32,000 nt of DNA. Source: Candidatus Iainarchaeum sp. (GTDB lineage: Archaea > Iainarchaeota > Iainarchaeia > Iainarchaeales > JACQJH01). Below are positions 7,197-16,009 of the stretch, piece after piece. Within the stretch, counting starts at the first letter, position 1. Each line of letters starts with the position of its first letter. Location: positions 210,001-242,000 of the forward strand of contig JACQJH010000001.1 of the NCBI GenBank assembly GCA_016205145.1, read 5' to 3'. The translations under genes and the position numbers were made by a program. The notes below the pieces were generated by a model. It made no database searches. It was not told the origin of the DNA and was given only the letters and a program-made list of their open reading frames with translations.

Positions 7197-8036
7197 TCAG
7201 AAGTTCAATGCAATCAGGCCCAGGACAAGCAGTGCGATTGCGGCATACTTTCTCGCTTCAAGCTTTTCGTTCAGGAAGACTGCGGCGAAGACTGCCGTCG
7301 TTATGGGCAGGCCCGCGCTGATGGACGCTGTTATTGCGAGGCCGGTTTTTTGCATTAGCAGGTTGAAGGCAAGGCTGAGGTCGACTATTGCAAGCCCCCC
7401 GCCCAGCAGGAAAAAAGAATTTTGCCGCGTTGGCAGTTCGATTTTTCTTTTTGAAAGCAGAACGTATGCGAGTATGATTAATCCGATGAGCGCCTGCGAG
7501 TAGAATGCGGTGTTGTAGGGGCCGAGGCTTTTCGTCAAAAACTTCAGCATTATGTAGTAGATCGTCCAGCCTGTTGCGGTTATTGCTATGAATTTTGCGC
7601 CGTCGACGATTTTGTATCGCAATAATGATTTTTTTGCCGCGATGACCGCCGAGGACAGCAGTATTGCCGTTGCCCCAACTGCCTGCATTGCGCCCAGGCT
7701 TTCATTCAGGAACAGGGCGGAGATTGCGATTATCATGAGAACGTAGATGTTTGCAAGCGGCTGGGCTATCGCGGTTTCCATCTTGTGGTATGATTTGAGC
7801 AGTGCGACGATTGCGATTGCGCCCGCAATGCCGGCAACAATAAGCGCAATTATGTCCGCCAAGCCCGGAATTTTCGGTTCGGAGAAAAGAAAAACGCCTG
7901 CCAGCAGGAACGGAGCTGACACGGCATAGAAATAAACGAGCGCCCATTCCTCGGCCATTGACTGCATTGCCTTCTTGCTTGCAATCGGCGCAAGGCCGCC
8001 GAAAAGCAGGAGCAATGCCAGGACAAAAGTTTCCAT
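7197..8036 (-). CDS. EamA/DMT family transporter.
   Basis: 279-aa ORF with about 10 hydrophobic segments in two similar halves, the typical DMT layout. Confidence 0.75.
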   Translation of the reverse strand: METFVLALLLLFGGLAPIASKKAMQSMAEEWALVYFYAVSAPFLLAGVFLFSEPKIPGLADIIALIVAGIAGAIAIVALLKSYHKMETAIAQPLANIYVLMIIAISALFLNESLGAMQAVGATAILLSSAVIAAKKSLLRYKIVDGAKFIAITATGWTIYYIMLKFLTKSLGPYNTAFYSQALIGLIILAYVLLSKRKIELPTRQNSFFLLGGGLAIVDLSLAFNLLMQKTGLAITASISAGLPITTAVFAAVFLNEKLEARKYAAIALLVLGLIALNF

Positions 8037-8091
8037 GCTTGAGTATTGTCGTTTGACGCTTTTTTATTTTGTTTGCAGGCAATCATTAATT

Positions 8092-8823
8092 ATGCAAGTT
8101 GTGCACGGCAAACGGATTTTTCAGGCCCTTTGCGTTTTGCTCGTCGTCTTGTCTTTTGCAGTGGGCTTTTTTGCTCTGCCTTTCCTGCCTGCAAAGGCGC
8201 CGATCCACTGGAACATTGAAGGCAAGGCTGACGGCTTCGGCCCGGCCTGGATGGCGGCATTCCTTGTTCCAATAATGATTGCATTCCTCGCCGGACTGTT
8301 TTTCGTGATTCCGAAAATCGAGGTGCGCAAGGACAACATCAAAAAATTCGAGTCAAGCTACTGGCTGCTCGCGTCCGGCTTGTGCGTGGCGTTGTTCGCG
8401 ATTTTCCTTTTATCGCTTGCCTCGAATTTCGGCTACAATTTCGACATGACGTTTGCGGTTTTAGGCATAATCGCATTGCTGTTTGTCTTCATGGGCCTGC
8501 TAATGCCTTCGTTCAAGCAGAATTATTTTGTCGGTGTGAGGACGCCCTGGGCTTTGGCCGATGAAAGGGTGTGGGTTGCAACGCACAAATTTTCGTCAAA
8601 AGTTTTCATTGCTTCAGGCATTCTTTTCGGTTTATGTGCTTTGCTGCCGAAACATTTCTTTTGGCTCATTCTTGCGGCAATCCTGCTGATGGTTTTCGGC
8701 ACGTTCGGCTATTCGTATTGGATTTACCGAAAACTGCACAATGCGCAGGCAAAAGACAAACTGCCTGAAAAAAGCAAGCCTCCCGCAAAAGGCATAAACT
8801 CCGCCAAAAAAGGCAAAAAATAG
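8092..8823 (+). CDS. SdpI/DUF1648-like membrane protein.
   Basis: The track ORF is 7975-8823. I prefer ATG 8092 (MQVVHGKRIF...), which avoids overlap with the divergent EamA gene. Motifs: LPAKAPIHWNIEGKADGFG (DUF1648-like) and VGVRTPWALADERVW (SdpI-like). The C-terminal tail is Lys-rich. Confidence 0.7.
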   Translation: MQVVHGKRIFQALCVLLVVLSFAVGFFALPFLPAKAPIHWNIEGKADGFGPAWMAAFLVPIMIAFLAGLFFVIPKIEVRKDNIKKFESSYWLLASGLCVALFAIFLLSLASNFGYNFDMTFAVLGIIALLFVFMGLLMPSFKQNYFVGVRTPWALADERVWVATHKFSSKVFIASGILFGLCALLPKHFFWLILAAILLMVFGTFGYSYWIYRKLHNAQAKDKLPEKSKPPAKGINSAKKGKK

Positions 8824-8829
8824 CGTTCT

Positions 8830-8870
8830 GAAAAACTCTTTTATTTTAAGAAACAGAGTTTTTCCTTTTT
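8830..8870 (+). terminator. Hairpin plus T-run downstream of the SdpI-like gene.
   Basis: GAAAAACTCT (8830-8839) pairs with AGAGTTTTTC (8855-8864), followed by CTTTTT. Confidence 0.5.
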
Positions 8871-8912
8871 GGTTTTGCGGTTTGCTTTGTTGAGCTATTT
8901 TTTTATGCTTGA

Positions 8913-9317
8913 ATGCAGTTTCTAATCATTATGCCCTTGTTCGAGGATTTTGTCGGCATCTACGAATTCTTTTTCATGGCCCTGATTTACATTTCAATCG
9001 GCCTGCATTTTTTGGCCGCCAAGGGATGGTTCAACAAGCTCAAGCTTGTCATTGCGGTCATCGGCTTTTTCTTTTTGGTTGGAACAATCCCTTTCTTTTA
9101 CGCTTTTGTCTTCATTCTCGCATGGCTTGTCCTAATGGGCATTCCACTGATGGTTGACAGGACAACCGCTCTAATCCTGCTTGTGGTTGCGGCAATAATC
9201 GGGCCAAGGAACCCGTTTTTCCTGTTCCTCTCCCTGGGCCTTTACGCGATCATAAACTTCTGGTTCATCTATTCGGCTTTTGAAACTCTTGAAAAGAAGC
9301 CCGCCGGAAGGCAGTGA
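8913..9317 (+). CDS. Hypothetical integral membrane protein.
   Basis: 134-aa ORF with four hydrophobic helices and no recognisable motif. Confidence 0.55.
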   Translation: MQFLIIMPLFEDFVGIYEFFFMALIYISIGLHFLAAKGWFNKLKLVIAVIGFFFLVGTIPFFYAFVFILAWLVLMGIPLMVDRTTALILLVVAAIIGPRNPFFLFLSLGLYAIINFWFIYSAFETLEKKPAGRQ

Positions 9318-9355
9318 AACTTGCCGGGCGTTTTTGGCCTCGCCGGAATGGTTGC

Positions 9356-10180
9356 CTATTCTTCTATCCTGCTGAACAGGTATGCGGCGATTGCGACTGT
9401 TGCAAGCATGAACGCGGCCGTAACCGGCAGGCTCAACGCTATGCTTATGTATGACTCTCCGAACAGCGCGAATCTCATTGTTTCAACCGCGTACGTGAAG
9501 GGGTTGAATGCCGCAATTGTCCGCAGTATTGCCGGAGAACTCTCCAACGGAAAGAGCGCACCGCTCAGGAAAAACAGCGGCATTATGACCAGGTTTGAAA
9601 TTATCGGAAAGCCCTGCATGTCCTCCATCACAGAGCCGAACATCATGCCGATTGAAACGATCGAGATTGAGATTATTATGACCGCGACTGCGAGCGCAGG
9701 CAAAGCCAGCAAATTTATGTGCACGCCCAGCAGGATGGTCACTGCAAGCATCACGGCTGCCTTGAACAGCGCGTCGGTTGCCCCGCCCAGCGCCTTTCCA
9801 ATCACTATTGCCGGCCTGCTCACCGGGGCAATCAGCGTTTCTTTCAGGAAACCGAACTGCCTGTCGATGAGTATTCCCATTCCTGAAAAGAACGAGCCGA
9901 AAAGTATGGTCATCAGGATTATGCCGGGTGCCATGAATTCAAGATAGTTTGTGCCGGCGCCGCTCACGGCAAACGCCCCGTTGAGGCCGGTTCCGAGTAT
10001 CAGAAAAAACAGCAGCGGCATGCCGAACTGCGAAATCATCCTGCTTTTGGAACGCCGCATCCTCAGCATTTCCCTTTTCCACAGGAAAAAAACCGCCCTT
10101 AATTCGTTGCCCAAAACCATTCCCTTCGCCTCAGCCCCAATTGCCATTCCGCTTTTCATTTCCGCGTGCTCTTGTGCCAT
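9356..10180 (-). CDS. ABC-2 type transporter permease.
   Basis: 274-aa ORF with six TM segments. It overlaps the end of the upstream ATPase gene, the typical ABC-2 exporter layout. Confidence 0.8.
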   Translation of the reverse strand: MAQEHAEMKSGMAIGAEAKGMVLGNELRAVFFLWKREMLRMRRSKSRMISQFGMPLLFFLILGTGLNGAFAVSGAGTNYLEFMAPGIILMTILFGSFFSGMGILIDRQFGFLKETLIAPVSRPAIVIGKALGGATDALFKAAVMLAVTILLGVHINLLALPALAVAVIIISISIVSIGMMFGSVMEDMQGFPIISNLVIMPLFFLSGALFPLESSPAILRTIAAFNPFTYAVETMRFALFGESYISIALSLPVTAAFMLATVAIAAYLFSRIEE

Positions 10181-11166
10181 GCCTTCCGCAGTATCCTCAT
10201 GGAGTCCTTCGCGCTTCCTTCCTCTTCCCTTATCGTCCTGCCCGTGAAATGCAGGAACACGTCGTCAAGCGTGGGCTTCCGCACGCTGATGGAATTGACT
10301 TCAACGCCGGACTTTTCGCATTCCCGGAGAATCTGCGGAACCTTCTTGTCGGCTTCTTCCACGGAAATGTCAACGCGTCCGTCGTGGCAGGTCACGCTTT
10401 TTACCCAGGGATATGCTTCAAGCGCCGCCTTCACTTTCGCGCATTCGGGCGTTTCGATTGAAACAGAGTCGCCGCCAAGCGCGCTTTTCAGCCTTTCAGG
10501 CGAATCAAGCGCGATTATCCTCCCCTTGTCCATGATTGCAACCCTGTCGCACACCCCGTCCGCCTCGTCAAGGTAATGCGTCGTCAAAACGATTGTCACG
10601 TTGTTCTCTTTTTTCAGCCTTTTCACATATTCCCAGATTCGCTTTCTTGTCTGCGGGTCCAGGCCGACTGTCGGCTCATCCAAAAACAGGACTTTCGGAA
10701 AATGCATGAGGCCGCGCGCGATTTCAAGCCTTCTCCTCATTCCGCCGGAAAAAGTCTTGACCTCGTCTTTGAGCCGGTCCTCCAATTCAACCATGCCCGC
10801 GGTTTCCCTTATGCGGCGGCTCCTGTCATCCTTTCCGAGGCCGTACATTGCGGCGTGCAGTTCAAGGTTTTCGAATGCCGTCAGGTCTTCATCAAGGCTC
10901 GGGTCCTGGAAAACAATGCCGATGCTTTTCCTCACGGAATCCGCGTTTTGGACAACGTCAAAGCCGTTGACCTCGGCTTTTCCATCCGAAGGCCTTTTCA
11001 TTGTGACAAGCATTGAAATGAGCGTCGTCTTGCCCGCGCCGTTCGGCCCGAGCAGACCGAAAATCTCGCCTTCACTGACGGAGAACGAAACGCCGTCCAC
11101 GGCCGCAAGGCCGCCGAATTTTTTCGTCAACGCGCTGATTTCAATGGCATTCAAACGCTTCACCAA
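10156..11166 (-). CDS. ABC transporter ATP-binding protein (DrrA-like, with a C-terminal accessory domain).
   Basis: Walker A GPNGAGKTT, Q-loop, signature FSGGMRRRL, Walker B LFLDEPTVGLD, H-loop TTHYLDEA. TTG or GTG start. An AATTTAAAC TATA-like box lies in the 75-nt gap upstream. Confidence 0.92.
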   Translation of the reverse strand: MVKRLNAIEISALTKKFGGLAAVDGVSFSVSEGEIFGLLGPNGAGKTTLISMLVTMKRPSDGKAEVNGFDVVQNADSVRKSIGIVFQDPSLDEDLTAFENLELHAAMYGLGKDDRSRRIRETAGMVELEDRLKDEVKTFSGGMRRRLEIARGLMHFPKVLFLDEPTVGLDPQTRKRIWEYVKRLKKENNVTIVLTTHYLDEADGVCDRVAIMDKGRIIALDSPERLKSALGGDSVSIETPECAKVKAALEAYPWVKSVTCHDGRVDISVEEADKKVPQILRECEKSGVEVNSISVRKPTLDDVFLHFTGRTIREEEGSAKDSMRILRKAWHKSTRK

Positions 11167-11241
11167 ATCTGCTGAAAAAAAGAACCAGTATAGAAAGAAG
11201 AAGTGGTGTTAATGGTTTAAATTAGTTTTCCCAGTTTGCAT

Positions 11242-11775
11242 TCAGTCAAGCCCGGCAAAGCTTTTTTCCGCGTTCACGGCCGAAGCCTCGACAAAGGCGT
11301 TCTGCCGCTCGATGATGCAGGCTTTCATTTTTGCGAGCGCCTTTTCGCCCGGGCCAAGCGCATCCAAGTCGCAGTTCGTGCAGTTTTCGACCTTCACGTT
11401 TTCGCTCTGGCGCAGGCTGACTTTCTCGGCCTTTTCCGCGCCGGCGTTTTCGATTTCCACGACAACCTGCGAGTACTGCGGGCACGGCAGGAGCCTTCCC
11501 TCAACGGGCCTTGCCTTCAGCGCGGTCCGCCCGAGGACCTCGAAAGAAATCTGCGCGGAAACAGCCGTTGTTTTCGCCGAAGTTCCTTCCTGCGCGGAGT
11601 CTGCGCCTTTTTCGCCTGCGCTGTCCGCGGTCTTTCCGTTTGCGCTTTTCGCCGCAAGCGAAAGGAAGCCGCTCGGATTGTTCAACGCAAAAAACGCGCC
11701 CACAAAAACCAATGCGATTGCGAGCAATGCGATGCCTGAAGTTTTTGCATTTGCAGGCGAAACTTTCAGATTCAT
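11242..11775 (-). CDS. Membrane-anchored hypothetical protein with a beta-rich (CARDB-like?) C-terminal part.
   Basis: 177-aa ORF with an N-terminal TM helix (GIALLAIALVFVGAFFAL). Its start overlaps the stop of the upstream gene (ATGA), suggesting translational coupling. Confidence 0.6.
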   Translation of the reverse strand: MNLKVSPANAKTSGIALLAIALVFVGAFFALNNPSGFLSLAAKSANGKTADSAGEKGADSAQEGTSAKTTAVSAQISFEVLGRTALKARPVEGRLLPCPQYSQVVVEIENAGAEKAEKVSLRQSENVKVENCTNCDLDALGPGEKALAKMKACIIERQNAFVEASAVNAEKSFAGLD

Positions 11776-13331
11776 TCAAACCCCACTGTGGCCTCAAGGC
11801 TTGCCTCTTCCGACAGCAGTTGCGCGGAGTCCGCGGTTTCAATGCTGTCCGTTATGGTGTCGCTGGAAATCACTGCCTTGACGGAATAGCTGCCAAGGCC
11901 CTGGATTTTCGCGAAGATTTCCGCATTCTTGGTTTCGCCTTTCTTTATCGAGTCGAAAAACGTTGTCGAAGTGCCGCTGATGATCCAGCTTGCCGGAATC
12001 CCGTCCAGCGAAACGCTCACGTTTTTCGCGTCAACCCTGCCGACGTTCTTTATTGACACGATGAATTTGACTGTCGAGTTCAGGCCGACGGTCCCTTCGT
12101 TCCTGCCGCCGCTTGGAGCCTGCACGCTCAAAGGAAAAGTTTTTTTGTCCAATGCGATTGCCGCCAAAGCCGTGTCAATGGCATTTGACGAATTGCTTTG
12201 CCTGCCGAAACTGCCGTCGGCGTTCGCCTTTGTTTTCAGGCAGTCCAGTGCCTTGTCGGCTTTTTCCGTTTCATTGAATGCCCTGAATGCAATGCTGCCG
12301 AGCGCGGTCCTGAAACCGTCGCTTATGCACCCGTCGGAGTCCTGCTTTGCCGCGAGCCAGTCGATGCTTTTCTGCGCAACGCTTTTTCCTTCGCCGGCGG
12401 CACCCAACGCTATTATCGCTTCTTCCGTGAAATCAACGCTTTCCGTTTCATCCCCTGAGTTGTAGCCGAAACTGCCGTTGGAATGCATTGCGGAAACAAG
12501 GTAATCGGCGGGAGTTTCACCGCCATTTTCAGGCATGCTTTCTCCGGCCTGCGCAAACGCAACAACCGCCCAGGCTGTGGTGTCGACGTCGCTTTCACCG
12601 CTTCCGCTCTTGAAACCGCCGTCGCCCTGCTGTGAATCCTTCAGCAAATCAATCGTCGTCCTGCCGTTTTTTTCGAATGAGTTCAGGTCCTCGCCGGCCG
12701 AAATGAGCGCCATCGCCGCAAGCGCGGTGTTCAAAGAATCCCCGAAGCTTGCGTCGCTTTGCTGCTGTGCTATGATGTAGCTTTTCGCATTTCCCGGAAC
12801 TGCTGAAGCGAGCGCAATGTTGTTGTCCCGGCCCATGCCGAGGCCCATCATTCCGAACGAGTGCTGGAACAAATTCGCGCCAATCCTGCCGCCTGTTTCC
12901 TGCGAATCCGCAAGCCATTCAACTGCGTCAGCGCCCGCACCATCCAAGTAATCGAGTGAAACTGTGCCGTTGTCGTTCGGAACTGCGGCGCTTATGCCTG
13001 TCATTGAAGGCAGGTTGTTTTCGCCGAACTGCCAGTATTTCGAAAAATCGCTTGAAGCGCCCAGGCCGTTGACTGAATTGACGAACGCCGATTCCTTCAC
13101 CCCATCGCCGTCGAAATCGTAGTATGCGATGTCGAGTGCAACGCTTTTTTCCTGTGCCGCCTGCACGAACGCCGTGAATGCATTCGCGTCATCCGCAACG
13201 TTCACGCTTGCGCTCGTGTCGGCCGAAGCGTTTGCGTACGGAAAGTTGAATTTCACGTTCACGGTTTTCGCCTGCGCCGCTTGCGCGAACACGAAAAGCA
13301 GAACAAAGAACAAAAAGCCGATTTTTCTCAT
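11772..13331 (-). CDS. Secreted surface protein: DUF4430-like N-domain, prenyltransferase/squalene-oxidase-type alpha/alpha-toroid repeats, and a CARDB-like C-domain.
   Basis: - Start: track ORF begins at GTG 13340. I prefer ATG 13331 (MRKIGFLFFVLLFVFAQAAQA, a signal peptide) preceded by GGTGGGGGA.
- DUF4430-like pattern: ...AFVNSVNGLGASSDFSKYWQFGENN...
- Repeated Q-x-x-D/N-G-x-F/I motifs: QQSDASFG, QQGDGGFK, HSNGSFGY, QDSDGCIS, NADGSFGR.
- CARDB-like region: VKFIVSIKNVGRVDAKNVSVSL. Confidence 0.75.
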   Translation of the reverse strand: MRKIGFLFFVLLFVFAQAAQAKTVNVKFNFPYANASADTSASVNVADDANAFTAFVQAAQEKSVALDIAYYDFDGDGVKESAFVNSVNGLGASSDFSKYWQFGENNLPSMTGISAAVPNDNGTVSLDYLDGAGADAVEWLADSQETGGRIGANLFQHSFGMMGLGMGRDNNIALASAVPGNAKSYIIAQQQSDASFGDSLNTALAAMALISAGEDLNSFEKNGRTTIDLLKDSQQGDGGFKSGSGESDVDTTAWAVVAFAQAGESMPENGGETPADYLVSAMHSNGSFGYNSGDETESVDFTEEAIIALGAAGEGKSVAQKSIDWLAAKQDSDGCISDGFRTALGSIAFRAFNETEKADKALDCLKTKANADGSFGRQSNSSNAIDTALAAIALDKKTFPLSVQAPSGGRNEGTVGLNSTVKFIVSIKNVGRVDAKNVSVSLDGIPASWIISGTSTTFFDSIKKGETKNAEIFAKIQGLGSYSVKAVISSDTITDSIETADSAQLLSEEASLEATVGFE

Positions 13332-13385
13332 TTCCCCCACCGCCCGCAGATGTTTTTTTTCTTGCGTTCAGAATCAGTGCCGAAG

Positions 13386-13453
13386 CCTTTTAAGCAGTTC
13401 CATTTAGGATAATTATCATTAGCATTCATGGTAACGTTAGCACGCTATTAGCA
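13386..13453. promoter_or_regulatory. Divergent promoter/operator region between the surface-protein gene and the ArsR-like gene.
   Basis: CCTTTTAAGC TATA-like box (about 13387-13396). Perfect 10-bp palindrome GATAATTATC (13408-13417). Three TTAGCA repeats begin at 13419, 13437 and 13448. Confidence 0.45.
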
Positions 13454-13454
13454 C

Positions 13455-14006
13455 TTGGTTTATCATGGTGGTTTGTTGGACATACTGAAGGCTTTGGCCA
13501 ACTCCAACCGGCGCAACATGGTCCAGATTCTCCTCAAAAAGGAAACCCACATTGCCGCGCTCGCAAGGGAATTGAACATTTCCAATCCGGTTGCATTGAA
13601 GCACGCGCGCATTCTTGAGGATAACGGCCTGATTGAACGGGAAAAAGCGGGGAACACGCACATACTGCACATCCGCAAGGACGCGCTCAAGAAAATACGG
13701 CTGGCATCGGAGCTTTTTGAAAAGCCAATTTCTTTCAGCGTCGCGAAAGGCACTTTGCTTTTGGACGCGCTTTCAAAGGTCGATGGCCTCGAGATCGAGA
13801 ACACGAAACAGGGCGCGTTCATCAAGGCAATTGACGGCAAGGAAGGCTACTTTGTCTTTGAAATCAACGGCAAGTTTCCGACAAAGCCGATCGAGGAAAT
13901 CGAAATTTCCGGCAGGACGGAAATCGAGTTGAAGCGCCTTCTGCCCGTCATCGGAAAAAAAATCGTTTTCGAAACAGCCGGTTCCGTCCGGCTGGTCCGG
14001 GACTAA
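13455..14006 (+). CDS. ArsR-family winged-helix regulator fused to a DUF4430-like C-terminal domain.
   Basis: HTH region: LDILKALANSNRRNMVQILLKKETHIAALARELNISNPVALKHARILEDNGLIE. C-terminal part: GTLLLDALSKVDGLEIENTKQGAFIKAIDGKEGYFVFEINGKFPTKPIEEIEISGRTEIEL. The true start is probably TTG 13473 or 13476, after GGTGG. Confidence 0.75.
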   Translation: MVYHGGLLDILKALANSNRRNMVQILLKKETHIAALARELNISNPVALKHARILEDNGLIEREKAGNTHILHIRKDALKKIRLASELFEKPISFSVAKGTLLLDALSKVDGLEIENTKQGAFIKAIDGKEGYFVFEINGKFPTKPIEEIEISGRTEIELKRLLPVIGKKIVFETAGSVRLVRD

Positions 14007-14135
14007 GGCGTATCGTTGCAAAATCTTGGATTTTGCGACGTGCCCAGAATCTGTGGATTCTGGTGCATGCTTACGCAATACGCCGAGTAATTCTATTCCG
14101 CATTTCGGGGTTTTACGCGGGGGTGTCCCATGTGT
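14007..14135 (+). repeat. Hairpin-module repeat, locus D, an expanded version.
   Basis: The outer stem GGCGTAT...(GC)AATACGCC (14007-14084) encloses two inner hairpins, GCAAAATC-TTG-GATTTTGC and CCAGAATC-TGTG-GATTCTGG. It is followed by GAGTAA, CATTTCGGGG and a degenerate G/C hairpin. It fills the whole gap between two convergent genes. Confidence 0.8.
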
Positions 14136-15293
14136 TCACGCCTTTTCCAGCGCCTGCTTTAAGTCTTCAACCAAGTCGTCCGCGCTTTCCAAACCAACGG
14201 ACAAACGCACCATTGTCTCGGTTATGCCCGCTTTCCTGCGCTCGCTCTCCGGCAAAGCGCCGTGCGTCATCGCCCAAGGATATTCTATGAGGGATTCGAC
14301 CCCGCCAAGGCTCACTCCGAGAGTGAACAGATTGGTTGCAGCAAGAAACTTCTTCGCTGCAGCTGCGTTTCCTTTGAGTTCAATCGTTATTATGCCGCCA
14401 GTGCCTTTCATCTGCTTTTGCGCAAGGCCTTTCTGCGCAAAGCTTTTCAGGCCGGGATAAATGACGCGCTTCACTTTCGGATGCCTTTCAAGGAACTCCG
14501 CGATTGCCTGCGCGTTTTTTTCATGCTGCAGCATTCTCTGCTTCAAGGTCTTTATCCCGCGCAGGACAAGAAAGCAGTCCAAGGGCGAAGGCGTAGGGCC
14601 GAAGGCATTCTGCAAAAACTTCAGTTGCCTGTAAATCTTTTCGTCGTTGCATGCAATCGCGCCGCCGATGATGTCGGAATGGCCGTTGATGTACTTTGTC
14701 GTGCTGTGTATGACAATGTCGGCACCCAGGTCAAGCGGATTCTGGAAAACCGGTGACAGGAAAGTGTTGTCCACCGCCACAATCAGGCCTTTTTTGTGCG
14801 CGAGCCTTGAAATTTCCGCGATGTCAACAAGCTTCAGCAAAGGGTTTGTCGGGCTTTCAAGGTAAACCATTCCGGTGTTCGGCTTCAACGCCTTTTCAAG
14901 GCTTTCCGGTTCAGTCAGGTCCGCAAGCGAGTAATCAATGCCGAACTGCCTTTTGAATGTTTCCAGCAGCCTGAAAGTTCCGCCGTAAACATTGTCCACT
15001 GCAACAATGTGCCCGCCGCTTTTAAGCAGGCTCAGGCAGACCATTTCCGCGCCAAGGCCGGACGAGAACGCGAGGCCAAAGCGCGCGTTTTCAAGCGAGG
15101 CAACGCTTTTTTCCAGGGCATCCCTTGTCGGGTTTCCCGATCGCGAATAATCGTATCCCCGGTTTTTGTCAACCGAATCCTGTCTGAATGTTGACGACAG
15201 GTAAACTGGCGTCATGACCGCGCCGGTCAGGGGATCTGCGCCCGCTTCGTGGATCGCCCTGGTTTCGAAATCAAGCCGTTTGCCTTTAGCCAT
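14136..15293 (-). CDS. Cys/Met-metabolism PLP-dependent enzyme (cystathionine gamma-synthase/lyase or O-acylhomoserine sulfhydrylase family).
   Basis: 385-aa ORF. Motifs: YSRSGNPTRDALE, VDNTFLSPVFQNPL, and the PLP-lysine motif HSTTKYINGHSD. Confidence 0.9.
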   Translation of the reverse strand: MAKGKRLDFETRAIHEAGADPLTGAVMTPVYLSSTFRQDSVDKNRGYDYSRSGNPTRDALEKSVASLENARFGLAFSSGLGAEMVCLSLLKSGGHIVAVDNVYGGTFRLLETFKRQFGIDYSLADLTEPESLEKALKPNTGMVYLESPTNPLLKLVDIAEISRLAHKKGLIVAVDNTFLSPVFQNPLDLGADIVIHSTTKYINGHSDIIGGAIACNDEKIYRQLKFLQNAFGPTPSPLDCFLVLRGIKTLKQRMLQHEKNAQAIAEFLERHPKVKRVIYPGLKSFAQKGLAQKQMKGTGGIITIELKGNAAAAKKFLAATNLFTLGVSLGGVESLIEYPWAMTHGALPESERRKAGITETMVRLSVGLESADDLVEDLKQALEKA

Positions 15294-15340
15294 GGTACCA
15301 AAACCTTGTCGCTTGTTATTTAAAAAATACGCCCGACAGT

Positions 15341-15937
15341 TTAAACGTCGATTTTCTGCCTGCTTTCCATGCTTAGCAGCAGGGCTGCGCCCCTCAGCAG
15401 CAGAACAAGCAGTATGAACGCCATCGCGATCTGCCCGGTCAGCCTTGACAGGAAAACCCCGTTTTCGAGCAGGAGGATGTGCAGCAAAAGCATTGCCATT
15501 GCGACATAGCCGGTTCTCTGCAGGTTTTTCCAGTTTTCATAGCCGAGCTTTTGCACCCACTCCGCAGTCGACGTGAACGCCATGAGCGTGAAAATCATGA
15601 ACGCTATCGCCGCGACCGCCAGTGACATCACGTCCGCAAAAGAAATTTCCCGCCTTTCGGAAAGCAGGACAATGGCCGCCAATGCGACGTGCAATGCCGC
15701 AAGCGAAAAACCCCACAACCCGAACGCCTTCCTGTGCACGAGAAAGCGGTCAAAGAATTTGACGAAGCGCGCGAGCGGGCCCAAAAAGAATGCCAAGCCG
15801 AGGATGATCACTGCGGAGAACGCAACAATGGCATTCGCAAAGCCGATGCTTAAAGGCATCGCCCTGAAAACAAGATAGTACCACGCGAACGTCCCGATCA
15901 CAAGCAGGGAAACGATGTGCGGCAATTTCCTGTCCAT
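15341..15937 (-). CDS. Ferric-reductase-like transmembrane heme-binding protein (MsrQ/YedZ-like).
   Basis: 198-aa ORF with six TM segments. Conserved His lie in TM helices (HRKAFGLWGFSLAALHVALA, MLLLHILLL). Confidence 0.65.
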   Translation of the reverse strand: MDRKLPHIVSLLVIGTFAWYYLVFRAMPLSIGFANAIVAFSAVIILGLAFFLGPLARFVKFFDRFLVHRKAFGLWGFSLAALHVALAAIVLLSERREISFADVMSLAVAAIAFMIFTLMAFTSTAEWVQKLGYENWKNLQRTGYVAMAMLLLHILLLENGVFLSRLTGQIAMAFILLVLLLRGAALLLSMESRQKIDV

Positions 15938-16009
15938 GCACTACAACAACGACTTTCCGCTTTAAAAATTTTTCCGGCCTCCATCTTAGCGCTTGGCTTT
16001 GGTGGCTTG

